A DNA stretch of 64,000 nt, counting the filler, from Hyphochytrium catenoides (lineage: Eukaryota > Protista > Hyphochytriomycota), in the NCBI GenBank assembly GCA_900088475.1. It is 14 parts of 14 records of this genome, joined end to end, with 100 filler letters (N's around TTAATTAATTAA, not from the genome) between each part and the next. Parts side by side here need not be neighbours in the genome. Positions count along the whole stretch, not along the records: positions 48,499 to 53,574 come from FLMG01003561.1; positions 53,675 to 55,335 come from FLMG01000497.1; positions 55,436 to 57,028 come from FLMG01001645.1; positions 57,129 to 58,885 come from FLMG01002755.1; positions 58,986 to 61,025 come from FLMG01002476.1; positions 61,126 to 62,893 come from FLMG01004122.1; positions 62,994 to 64,000 come from FLMG01004344.1; 7 more parts are not named here. One strand, 5' to 3'. The position numbers and the translations under genes were made by a program. Within the stretch, counting starts at the first letter, position 1; each line of letters begins with the position of its first letter. A model generated the notes under the pieces. That model was not told the origin of the DNA, did not search any database, and saw only the letters and a program-made list of their open reading frames with translations. Of the stretch, positions 52,334 to 63,296 are shown in pieces.

Positions 52334-52952
52334 TAAGTTTATCTTAATTATAGTAGTAGTAACTATCAATCTTCTTATATCACCTATAACAGAAATAAAT
52401 AACAGCCAAAAAGTAGCTGAAGTGCAGCGGAGATATTGTTATAAAGATGGCCATCAAGAACAGGTCTGATCAAAGGAAAGGCATGGTCCTCATTCCGCTA
52501 TTTCTTTTTTTTACTTGAGTGATGATGCAAGCTAACATCATCGAGTGTCTTGCATGCCCAGTCGTGAGAGTAAGAGGGTCTCAAAGAACTGCTTTATAAC
52601 ATTGTAGCTGTTAAAGTCACTGGAGGTAAGTCAGGATGTAGGTTCACATGTCAGCCTCTTCGTCATACTATGGTAAAGGGTAATAAAAAATACGCATGAT
52701 ATAGTCTGACAGCGCCTCCGATAGCAAGCAGAATTGCACTTGTCGTTATTAGCTTTTCATTAAACAGGCGCAAGGTGATTTCTTAGATGCCCAAAACCGG
52801 TTAGCGCAGTAAAATGCTACCTGCCCGTGGCTTAGCAAAGAGATTCTTGGATAACGGAGAGTTGTAGAAGCTCATATGGTACAAAGAGGAACAAGCACAA
52901 GACTGCTCGTCTCCTTCTTCAGGCCCTTTAGTTCTTGTTGATAATAGATCAT

Positions 52953-53420
52953 CTACTTTAATTGCCGATGCAAGCCCCAAAGCTGCTTCTTCAGCTCCTC
53001 ACACCTCGCATTAAGCCCCTTTCTCAGCTCTTTCGCGTCCAGCTTCCCTGAGTTGAGTTCCGCTGTTATTACACTGTCGATTCCTTCAGACTGCAACCTC
53101 TCCACCATGCCGTTGAGCTGAGCGATTTCGCTAAGAAAGCTGGTGTCTTTATTGCCTTTCATCACCTGGAAGGGTACAGATCAGAGAGAAAGCAATTGAG
53201 ATGGAACTCTACTTTCCAAAGCCCTTCAGCGCTTTGCAACATACCTCTTTGCTTATGTGAGCCACTCGCGCTTCATAGCCCATCAATGACTCTTCAAAAG
53301 ATCTTAGTGTACCTAGCGCTTGTATACTCTTTCCGCTATATCGCCTCTCGTACCCGTCAGGGCCAGCGCCTGGGTTGGCCATAATTGGAGTGTTACGCAG
53401 CCAACTCCAGAAGCCCTTAA
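52953..53420 (-). CDS. Hypothetical coiled-coil protein exons; may be a pseudogene
   Basis: Two protein-like stretches after CAG acceptors (IKGFWSWLRNTP...; VMKGNKDTSFLSEIAQLNGMVERLQ...RCEELKKQL). No family recognised. Confidence 0.35.
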
Positions 53421-53787
53421 TCTTTCCTGATAGTGCAGGATAACTACGTTGTTGCAGCACAAGCAATCCAAAGAGTAGATTAGAATAGAGGAATTGAGGG
53501 AAGCATGTTGTTTATCTCCGTGCCTTACCAGCAACCCTGCCGTTGCACGTCCTCACAAGACTAGATGCTTGGCGNNNNNNNNNNNNNNNNNNNNNNNNNN
53601 NNNNNNNNNNNNNNNNNNTTAATTAATTAANNNNNNNNNNNNNNNNNNNNNNNNNNNNNNNNNNNNNNNNNNNNGAGGCAGCCTTGGAGTTTGTCTCCCA
53701 TCATGGGAAGGAGCTGCGAGCGCAGGCCGCCGCCACGAGGCCCTGGCATCCAGCTCTCGCCATAACTCTTCCGCAGCTCCCTGAGGT

Positions 53788-53823
<36 letters not shown>

Positions 53824-54912
53824 AGGAAAGGAAGAAGGAAACATCGTGAGAATAGGACCAGAGAGATGATGATCGGAGAAAAGAAAGAGAGAATGAAGTC
53901 GGGAAAGGCGAGGAAAATCGACAAAGAAACAGAATGAGCGAACAAGAAAGAAGAAGAGCAAGAAAAAGCCAAGACCAGAAAGAGAGAGAGAGGAAAGAGA
54001 CTAAGGAGGAGAAATGAGAGAGAGAGCGTTTGCGGCATTTACATATAGTCTCGGCTCCTGCCGGGGCGATGCTTTGTCGTTCATTCGTCAGTTGGTTGCG
54101 TTCGTGTCTCTACGTTCCTCTTACTGAATTTCCCCTCTTTCTCTCTCTTCTCCTCTCTCTTTCTCTCCCTCTCTCTCTCTCTCTCTCTGTCTCTTTTACC
54201 CCATATAGATGTTTCTTTCCTTTCACCCTGACGGCCGCGTGACCTTCGATGACTCAACGAAACATCTCAACTTCCGTCGCTCCATGGCTGGGCCTACAGA
54301 TCACTCGAACTGGGTTGTCAAGGGTAAGAGAGAGAAGACATGTGGGAGAGAGATACGAGAGAGAGAGAGAGTGTGAGAGAGAGGTGCAGCTGGAAACCAT
54401 CGAGAGAGAGAGAGTAGGAGGAGAGAGAGAGACAGAGAAAGAGAAAGAGAGAGAGGGTAGGAGGAGAGGGAGAGAGACAGAGAGAGAGAAAGAGAGAGAG
54501 AGAAGGGGCACAATTAGCTTTGGATTACTAACCGTACAATGGAGGGAAAATAGACAAGTTAGGGGAGAGAGTGCAAATCTCTTCTAAGAGAGAAAGATAT
54601 GAGAGAAAGGAGAAGGATGGAAACATGAGAAAAGAACCGTCAAGTATGTCAACTCAACCTGCAAAAACGGCAGAGAGGGAGGAAAGAAGACACTAGATAG
54701 AGAGACGTAGACACAGAGAGAGAAAGAAGAGAGAGAGAAAGAAGAGAGAGAGAGAGAGAGATGTAGCAAAAAAGACTCACATCAATCTCTTGATAGGAAA
54801 GGTGCTAGTTGGCGGTCATTTTGCGATGGAGGCGCGGATGCGAGAGAGGTCTAGCTGTCCTTTGAAGTTTTTTTGTTGTTGTTAATTCTTCCTTCATCCA
54901 TTTGTACTCTAT

Positions 54913-54980
<68 letters not shown>

Positions 54981-55101
54981 TCTGTGTCCCCCCTCCCTCT
55001 CTCTTCCGTTAAGTCTTCGGTCTTGTAAGTTAAGTTTGAGTGCCCTAGATTAACTCTTACTCCATGGATCTGGCTGCTTTCTTTGACATTTTCTCTTCCT
55101 T

Positions 55102-55133
<32 letters not shown>

Positions 55134-55939
55134 GCTCTCTCTCTCTCTCGCTCTCTCTCACGCACCCTCTCTCTTATCGTTTCCTAGGGTTACTGGCCGG
55201 TCGGATGTTCTGTCCTCTGTGCTTACCCAAGGAATAGGAACGTTAGTGTGTCTGCTGGAGGTGCGACTGTCTCTCTCTCTTCTCTCTCTTTCTCTCGCGC
55301 CATCTCTTTCTCTTACCTCACATCTCCTGACTGCTNNNNNNNNNNNNNNNNNNNNNNNNNNNNNNNNNNNNNNNNNNNNTTAATTAATTAANNNNNNNNN
55401 NNNNNNNNNNNNNNNNNNNNNNNNNNNNNNNNNNNGAGAGAGAGAGAGAAAGAGAGAGAGAGCAAATGAGACGAAGCCTGTCAAGCGCCAGTCTCTTCAC
55501 TCAGCCAAAGACATAAACATATAACCAGCATGGGCAGTGAAGAGAAAGAGTGGGAGAGAAGAGAGATCAGACTAAGGGAGGGCAGCAGACAACGCAGGGC
55601 GAAGGCAAGACGGCGATAGTCAGGGAGAGAGAAATTATGGAGAACCCAGACCGGGACAGAGAGTAGGAAGAATAGCAGGGAGTGATTCAGAGAGACGCCT
55701 AGACAGAGAGAGCAAATAAGAAGACAGAAAGAGACAGAGAGAGAGAGAGAGAGAGACAGAGATACACACCGAGAGAGAAAAGAGGGAAAGAAAGAGAGGA
55801 GACAAGAGAGAGAGAGAGAGAGAGAGAGCCAGAGAGATACACGGAGAGAGAAAAGAGGGAATGAAAGAGAGGAGACAAGAGAGAGAGAGAGAGATGAGAG
55901 ACAGGGAGAAGGCGAGGAGAAACGAGGGTGGCAGCTCAC

Positions 55940-56097
55940 CAGGTGCCGCCCACTGCGGCTCTTCTCTCAAATACTTGGATTCTCTTGAATCTTGCGCCCG
56001 GACAGTCTCTCAGCTGCCGCGCCGCCGCCAGACCCGCCGCTCCCGCCCCGATGACGCAGATTTCACTGATCTCTGATAGGAAGTGGCCCATACTCAT
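55940..56097 (-). CDS. First exon of a flavin-containing monooxygenase (FMO)-like FAD-dependent oxidoreductase; absent from the ORF track
   Basis: MSMGHFLSEISEICVIGAGAAGLAAARQLRDCPGARFKRIQVFERRAAVGGT(W) has the GxGxxG Rossmann motif plus FER..VGGTW, followed by a GTGAGC donor. Confidence 0.85.
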
Positions 56098-56333
56098 CTC
56101 TCTCTCTCCCTCTCTCGCTCTTTCTCTCTCCCTCGTTTCTTTCTCCCTCCTTTTCCTCTGATCTGATCCTGGTTGGGTCTTCCCGCCTGGACCCTTGCCT
56201 CTCCTTCCTCTACCGCCGTTTGCTCTCTCTCCTCATTCCAAGGTTCCCACGCTGCCTCTCCTGCTGCTCGCCGCGGACTGCGTGTGCCTTGTATCTTTCT
56301 GACATCACATCTTCTTCTATTTCTCTCTCGTTT

Positions 56334-56383
<50 letters not shown>

Positions 56384-56754
56384 TCTCACATCATCTCTCT
56401 TCTCTTCAATGATCGATGATCTCCAGAAAGAGAGAAACTTCTGAATGGTGTGATTCGCATCTAAAATAATACCGCCGCTACTGTCAAGTGACACTCCTAA
56501 AGTACTATATCACCTAAAGATAGGCCGCCATCGTCAAGGCAAGGATGCACACACCAAATCTTCTTCTCTCTCTCTCTCTTTCTCACCCTTTCAGTCATAT
56601 AACAGGAGAAGTCTGCCAAGAGAGAGAAGGAAAGTACTTGTAAGAGAGAGAAAGAGAGAGAGAGAGAAAGAGAGACGGAGGGATGTTCTTCACTTAGGGG
56701 TTACAATAGTTACACCTCACTGAAAAGATAAAGTCTATTTTATCTCTTTCTACC

Positions 56755-56807
<53 letters not shown>

Positions 56808-57429
56808 TCCCTCTCCCTCTCTCTCCTGCTTCCTGACACTTATTTGCATTCTCTTAGCTTCTCTCATCTCTACCCCACCGCCCGCTCCGCGCCTCTCTCT
56901 CTTTCCTTCTTCCTCCTCCACTGCCAGACCCTCCTTTCCCTCTCTCTCCTCCTATCCCTCTCTCTCCTCCTATCCCCCTCTCTCCTCCTCGCTCTTCCCT
57001 GGTGTCTACTGTCACGTAATCCTGCAGANNNNNNNNNNNNNNNNNNNNNNNNNNNNNNNNNNNNNNNNNNNNTTAATTAATTAANNNNNNNNNNNNNNNN
57101 NNNNNNNNNNNNNNNNNNNNNNNNNNNNTCAGGAGTGGTAGTCAGTCCACACTTGGTTGGTACTCTTGATGATAACATTCTTTTGCATGTCGAGCAGATC
57201 GTAGTAGTCTAGATCTTGCATGTTCTACAGAGCGATGGGATGTGCGACTGCCCGCGCTCTCCGCCGCGCACTAAGCCTCATCTCACTTCACATTGTCCAG
57301 AAGACGATCTGCATTTCAGATCATTGCGCTAGAGTGCTCTTCTTTCCAAGGCTTCCTCTGTGTCTACCAGTAGTGTCAGAGAGAGAGAGAGACCCGTCTC
57401 CTTGGGAAGCGATCCGAGAGGCTCTAAAC

Positions 57430-58885
57430 GCTACAGTGGTAGCTGAGTCCCTAGCGTAGATTGCTGAGTGATGAAGGGAATTCGTGTAGAACTAGTCTGG
57501 TGAGGACCGACACGTGGATGCAGAAGGAAAGGGAGATCGCCCAACGCAGCCAGATACGGGACTTCATCATACGAACGAGGAGCCAGAAGAGAGCTGAAGA
57601 CTCACGCGCACAGGAAAAGATGGTAGATGAACAGACAAAGCGCGAAGTGGTGTCTGGCGAAGAAACCGGTGAACGGCCAATGACTGTGGCAGAAGGACGC
57701 GAGTTGCGTCAGGAGATAGGCTTCTTGTTGAGGGAGTTGCTTGGTTGGACGATTAGGCGGCAGAGGAACGAGTGCCGCCGTCCCTAATAGTGAATCTCGA
57801 CCCAGCATTCAACGACCAGCAGCGACGGCTACTACATACGGTAGCCAGGAGGAGCGATAGCTCCGAGGCGAAGCCGTCAAAACCACTCTTCTACCGCGGG
57901 AAAAGATCTAAGGAACCCCACGGGATTGGACACTTGGCTCATGAAGATTGAGCAGTACGTTTTTGAAGACTCTGACCCAGCGAAGATCAGGACAGCCACC
58001 TCCTTTCTTACGGAGCGAGAATGCCGCGGAATGGTGGCTAGCCAAGAGTAGCGAACTGAAGGAGGGGCTAGGAGTCGGTTCTCCTTTCTACGCTTATGAC
58101 TGGAGAGCATGATGACCGGAGAGTTTGGTGTGAAGAACAAAGATGATCTCATTCGCGACCGACTTGCCAAGTTATTCCAGAGGGGCAGGGTAGATGAGTA
58201 CATCGCAGACTTCCGAAGACTGTGTTACACGCTCCCTACCATGACGGAGGGCAGAGAAGAAGAGTCAATTTATAAGGGGACTCAGACCCCGGACCAAGGA
58301 GAGGGTGATGATGCAAGCACCCACCTCCTTACAGGCAGCGAAGGAGACCATTATTGTTCTGCAGTACGAAGAGTTCCTTGACCAATTGGAGCAAAACAAG
58401 AAGAAAGATTATCCGCGTCCGGATAATCCGCATGGCCGAGATCGCCCACAACAAGGCCAACCCAAGGATCTCGATAAGGGCGGTAGACACTATAACCTGG
58501 ATGGTAGGCCTTCCAAGAAACCTTCCGGAGGCAAACTTGGTCCGAGAGTAAGAAGGAGGCCTATGAGAAAGGACTCTGCTTCGAATGTGGCAATAGAGGG
58601 CAATAGAGGACATAAAGCTAGGGAATGCCCTCAAAAGAGAAAACCACAGGAGGAAGGGGACAATAAATTCTTGTCCATCTCGACCGCTTTTTGACATGGA
58701 TGACGAGATAGTGCCCTTAGCGGCCTTGGAAGGCACTATGGACGGTGGATAGTGGGTCTTCGGTGAACTTCATTGATCCCACTGTTTCACCGAAGGGCTT
58801 CACTCGGAAGGGGCAACCGCTAGAAGTCACTTGAGGAGATGGAAGTAAGGTCATGGCTGGCCAAAGCTTCAAGGATGTACCCTTT
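57430..58885 (+). mobile_element. Degenerate Ty3/Gypsy retrotransposon: LTR end, PBS, frameshifted gag with CCHC knuckle, and aspartic protease start
   Basis: ...GCTACA at 57435 is followed by TGGTAGCTGAG (PBS-like, resembling initiator-Met). Gag pieces LFQRGRVDEYIADFRRL and FIRGL. The knuckle CFECGNRGHKAREC is restored by removing a 10-bp duplication. VDSGSSVNFI starts at 58745. Confidence 0.85.
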
Positions 58886-61129
58886 NNNNNNNNNNNNNNN
58901 NNNNNNNNNNNNNNNNNNNNNNNNNNNNNTTAATTAATTAANNNNNNNNNNNNNNNNNNNNNNNNNNNNNNNNNNNNNNNNNNNNTCCGCGATCTTGGAG
59001 TGAGAGATCAAGACGCAGGAGGACCAAGACTTTCCGCTCTCTTTTTTTGTTTATTTTTGAGCTTTTTACTCCATCGATCTTCACGTTAGCTCGCATTATT
59101 GCCGACAGGAATCTATCTCTCTGCTCGAACCTTTCGAAGAGGAGTAGGAAGATCGTAGTCTACCTTGGTACGCACAGCTGCCTGTCATCGAACAATGGGC
59201 AACCAACCTGTCCCATTATTTCTTGCTCGACTGCGCACCAAAAGCTTTTTTTGTATGATACTAGTGATGTTCGGATGCCGGAGCCGAAGTCAACGCTTTT
59301 TCTCCTAGAGCTGAGTAAAGTCTAACGAGCACAGCAGAGCCAATGGTATCAACTCCATGAGATAGTGGCAACATCATCTATGCAGTGACAGAAGCAACAC
59401 TCATGACTACCGGCAGTAGGCTTGCTACATAGCCGCTTAAAGCAGCTAGACCTACCCTTATTCTTGACCCCAGCTTCTGAAGATCAGAATCTTGTGATAC
59501 GTCCATAGTGCTCTGAGATAAGTTCAAATGAAAAGTCCGATGAGTCCTGAGATGAAGAGGACGGTTGACCCTTAGGTGCAGACCAGGAGCTACCATCATA
59601 ATATAATTTCCCGCCACTGCAAGAGCTTTGTTTTTCTAGCCGTCTTCTCCTGTTTTTTTTCAAGGGCCAGGTGTAGAAATGATGCCAGATGCCAGATCCT
59701 CTAGTCACATCAGTCGTCTACAGGGACCCACCTTGAGATTGTGGCCACCGTAAGCGGATACGCTTCTTCTGACATCGAACGTAAGCTCCGCACCACCTCT
59801 CCACGCTTTTCCAGAAGAATGATGGCTGCCGCTCATGACCAGAACGTCTTCACACGCCACTTCACAATGATACATCAGAGAACTCTGCTTATACTATGCC
59901 TCTGTTACCGACCAGAGCTCCTATTATTCCTAGGGGACTGAGTATAAGGGAAGCAATCTCCAGAAGGAGAGGCGTGAGGAGCTGAAGAAGAGTAGGCTCA
60001 GCGTCTAAAAGGCTTCGCGGAGAAAATGGAAGAGCTCTGACCGCTCCCTGTCAACCAGAAAGACAGCTCTACAGCACCCGATAAAACTTCTTAACGGCTC
60101 TGAGGCTTAATGGCAGCAAGTCCTGAACTTCACTCTGCATCGACTAACTACGCGTCAGCGACCTCCTTACGACCCCGGATCTTATCTATTGTTGTCTCTC
60201 CGGTCTAGCGCATCTCTAGAGGGCGCATTTGCTTTGAAATAGCACAATGCTAGCCAGCACAGGATGAAGCATTCTCATCATCATGAAGGCGTACGCGTGA
60301 GCAGGGTGCTAATTTGATAATTGCTTGGTCTTTTTCATAAGTACGGTCGTCCTCCGTCCTGTCCAGTGTCCGCCCAATCAAAACGATTGGAGAGAAGAAG
60401 AAGAGATTGCGGACGACATATCGCAGCCATTCTATTGAACTCATCGTCCTTTAGTCTGCTGAGAGAGCATTTCCTCTTCCTCGCTATCACTTCCTTCAAC
60501 CTTATATATTCCTAGCAATGTGAGCTGTCTCCGGGACGGTGGTCCATCACGTAAGAATAGCGGAGAGCAAGGCAACATGAGCAGGCACTGGCGCCTCCTG
60601 AGTCAACTCCGTTCTTTGCGCCTGCGTAAGCGACCAAGGTTCTAGTGCCTCCTAACCCGTCCATCATCCTTGGAGTCTGTCCCCCAGAGCGCCCTTCTTA
60701 CACTGCTGTCCTAAGCGGTGCTTGGTGTCTGTCCACTCTTTGGAACATCAAGAGTCGAGTGGTTTTTGGTGGGAATGAGGAAGGATCAATTTTGCAGGGA
60801 AGGATTCAAGGTTTTGAAGTTTTGGGGGCACATTGATTCTAGCCTAGGGAAATATATAAGTTTCAGTTGATTTAGGCTGAAACCTTCGGGAGGTGAGGCG
60901 GCTTGTAACGCCCTTTCTGTCTCTCTCTGGCTCTCTTTCCTCTGCTTCCTCCTTCCTTCCCTCGAGCTGGTTCGGTTTTTCTGCGAGTCTTCTCTTTCTC
61001 TTTCTCTCTCTCTCTCTCTCTCTCTNNNNNNNNNNNNNNNNNNNNNNNNNNNNNNNNNNNNNNNNNNNNTTAATTAATTAANNNNNNNNNNNNNNNNNNN
61101 NNNNNNNNNNNNNNNNNNNNNNNNNTGCT

Positions 61130-61825
61130 ATGCGCACTACCAACAAGAGTGATGATGAAGAAGAAGAAGGCTTTGCAGCATATACCCTACATCAACAAAG
61201 GATAAAGGAACCTCATCATCACCGTCATCAAGAGACAAAGAACAAGGCTCATGCAGAGTCATCAGCTTCATCATCAAATATTAAAGTTCGCGACCAATGG
61301 CCGGAGTGCCCATTTTGCGGAAGTCGCAGCCATCTTTCGGAGAAATGCTGGGAACTCGAGCAGAACGCTCATCACAGACCGCCTGTCTGGAAATCACGCT
61401 CTAAAAGGAATCTGTCAGAAGCTTTGAAGAAAATTATTGATTTATCTTCATCAAAGAAGAAGACTTCTTATCGGGAATCAGTAAAGGCACTACTGAGAAG
61501 AACTGAAGAACACAACCAGCTTATCACAAAGGAAACTTCTCAACAACCAACTAAAGTATCTCTTTACAAAGAGGAATCACGGACAGGAGTCAACCAACAT
61601 CAAGGTCCCAAGGATCCAAATGAAGGACAATTTATCATTACGCAGGCCTCGAATCAAGGAAAGCTTGACGCTAAACACAATATTCTCCACTCTTTCTACC
61701 TAGCGCTGAAGCAATCAGACAATGTGGAATTTTCTGGAGATCTCGACGCATTTATCAAAGAGGCTAAGGAAACAACACCTCGCCAACCTCGCTGTTCATC
61801 GTACGTCGAAAAATGTGTGCAATAG
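61130..61825 (+). CDS. Gag-like ORF fragment with a CCHC zinc knuckle (Copia-like)
   Basis: CPFCGSRSHLSEKC (CX2CX4HX4C) at ~61307-61348, followed by a Copia-type PPT/LTR start. Confidence 0.65.
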   Translation: MRTTNKSDDEEEEGFAAYTLHQQRIKEPHHHRHQETKNKAHAESSASSSNIKVRDQWPECPFCGSRSHLSEKCWELEQNAHHRPPVWKSRSKRNLSEALKKIIDLSSSKKKTSYRESVKALLRRTEEHNQLITKETSQQPTKVSLYKEESRTGVNQHQGPKDPNEGQFIITQASNQGKLDAKHNILHSFYLALKQSDNVEFSGDLDAFIKEAKETTPRQPRCSSYVEKCVQ

Positions 61826-61920
61826 AAACCCAAAAACCAAGTACTCTCTTTCTAGCGGTCTACAGCATGCGGGGAGGTGTTGACGGTCAGCTTCGACCCT
61901 TCACAATAGGGAGTTCGAGC

Positions 61921-62277
61921 TGCGGGGAGGTGTTGGAGTCTGACGGCACAGCTATGTGGACTACAAGCTGGCAAGCTTAACTACCCAAGTTTCAGCTCTA
62001 AACTCCCAGTAGAAGCCGAGATATGAAGCAAACGAAATGCCCCTGTTTATATCTATGGCTTATGGTCAGTACCCCGGAATACCATCAGGACTGACTGTTC
62101 TAGACAGGGATCTCTCTATGACTGAATATCTTCGGGTTTATTAGGAATAGTTGGCATAGTCAGAATAGCTCTAGTTTATGGGACCCCAGTTGGGCTTATA
62201 AGTCGAGCACTCTCATCTAATGACATTGTCCAATCATCCCATAAAATCCTACATTAGGATGGATGCAATGAGGAGCT
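61921..62277 (+). mobile_element. PPT plus start of a 3' LTR (Copia family 3); the end is approximate
   Basis: TGCGGGGAGG|TGTTG at 61921-61935, also at 61868-61882. The same 15-mer marks the family-2 PPT/LTR junction. Confidence 0.6.
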
Positions 62278-62339
62278 TGTCACTGAAGTCTTCGTTGGTC
62301 ATCATCTCTTTGAGCAAATCGCATTGTCTGCGTTGTTCA

Positions 62340-62682
62340 CTCTGATGAACTTTACAGAGAAGGGTGGCAATGCCTGAAGCTTCTGTATGAGCACAATCTA
62401 GATGCAATGATAACAAAGGGACTTGGTATTGACGTGTGTGGAGATTTCTCTGAATGATGACTCAGTCCTGAGAGCCTGGTCTCGGACTCGAAATCTTTTG
62501 CTCGGCCCAGCTTCCCTCCTCATCTCTCTCTCCTGTTCTGCTCCTGTGTTCTTCTGGAAATTCTTCTCACATCCCTCTTTCCCATAACACAGGTGTACCC
62601 GTAACGTCTATGTCCCTGAGAGCTAGGTGTGTATCGAGAGTGACTACTGTACTACTGACAACGAACATAGTAGCACTCAACA
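62340..62682 (-). mobile_element. Second copy of the Copia family-1 LTR
   Basis: Long near-identical blocks shared with 33620-33963. The same terminus CTCAACA is at 62682, without a PPT. Confidence 0.85.
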
Positions 62683-62893
62683 CTGTGAGCCTTTTAGAGC
62701 TCTTGTCAGGTTCTGCTCTCAACACCTCCCCGCAGGTCCAGACTTCCTGAGTGTCCGTCGGCCTCCGCCTGGTCCTCCCCCGAAAGCAGACTTTGTCTTA
62801 CGACGGATGTGGACGGACAATCCCGAGTTGCGGAAGAAGTTCTCGGAATTGAGGTGCTGGTAACGCCTTCGTGAGAATGTCGGCAGTCATCTT
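62683..62893 (-). mobile_element. Second copy of the Copia family-2 3' end (RNase H tail, PPT, first 42 bp of the LTR)
   Basis: Highly similar to 35371-35582. Confidence 0.88.
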
Positions 62894-63021
62894 NNNNNNN
62901 NNNNNNNNNNNNNNNNNNNNNNNNNNNNNNNNNNNNNTTAATTAATTAANNNNNNNNNNNNNNNNNNNNNNNNNNNNNNNNNNNNNNNNNNNNCTCACTA
63001 TATTGCCCGAGTTAAATCGCT

Positions 63022-63035
63022 CGGAGCGTACACCA
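63022..63035 (-). promoter_or_regulatory. Primer-binding site TGGTGTACGCTCCG
   Basis: It begins with TGG directly after ...CATACA. It is complementary to the last 11 nt of the tRNA-like unit at 63186-63266 plus CCA. Confidence 0.75.
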
Positions 63036-63256
63036 TGTATGGTGCATACTGGTTAGGGTGTCGGCATCAAAGACAGAGGTCCTGGGTTCAAATCCGGGAG
63101 CGTACAAAACTTTTCTCCGGTATATCCAGACACCCCCCAATATTAATTCAAAGTGCTCACCATCAAATGATAAAATCTAACATGTTGTACGCTCCGGGAT
63201 TTGAACCCAGGACCTCTGTCTTTGATGCCGACACCCTAACCAGTATGCACCATACA
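63036..63256. repeat. 72-bp inverted repeat (63036-63107 / 63185-63256), 1 mismatch, 77-nt spacer
   Basis: Direct base-by-base comparison; the only mismatch is at 63096/63196. Confidence 0.95.
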
Positions 63257-63266
63257 CCAAACGTAC
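63186..63266 (-). ncRNA. 81-nt tRNA-like RNA gene (non-canonical anticodon arm, partly resembling tRNA-Pro(AGG))
   Basis: 7-bp acceptor GTACGTT/AGCGTAC plus discriminator A. T-arm CTGGG-TTCAAAT-CCCGG (B box). D-arm GTGT-ATGGTGC-ATAC (A-box-like). TTTT lies 10 nt downstream at 63172-63175. Confidence 0.7.
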
Positions 63267-63288
63267 GCTTGACTAATCTCCGTTTCTG

Positions 63289-63296
63289 TTTATATA
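63289..63296 (-). promoter_or_regulatory. TATA box TATATAAA within the LTR
   Basis: Its first base is 30 nt upstream of the first base of the tRNA-like unit. Confidence 0.55.

Noticed and set aside
52945-52960. TAG followed by more coiled-coil-like sequence (alternative genetic code?)
   Set aside because: The well-supported genes have no in-frame stops, and the EF-hand gene appears to end in TAG. A splice site or nonsense mutation is more likely.
54225-54313. In-frame TGA in a putative minus-strand exon (selenocysteine?)
   Set aside because: The exon and frame are unverified, with no selenoprotein motif or SECIS recognised.
1284-56921. Hundreds of SLSLSL / RERERE ORFs in the track
   Set aside because: They are stop-free translations of (CT)n/(GA)n introns and intergenic DNA.
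58986-60880. Possible decayed mobile element or gene on the minus strand
   Set aside because: Protein-like fragments with stops, but no recognisable motif or termini.
63050-63060. TTAGGG as a telomeric repeat, or the unit as a functional tRNA-Pro
   Set aside because: It is a single hexamer within the tRNA-like unit. The anticodon stem does not pair canonically, so it is not called a translating tRNA.
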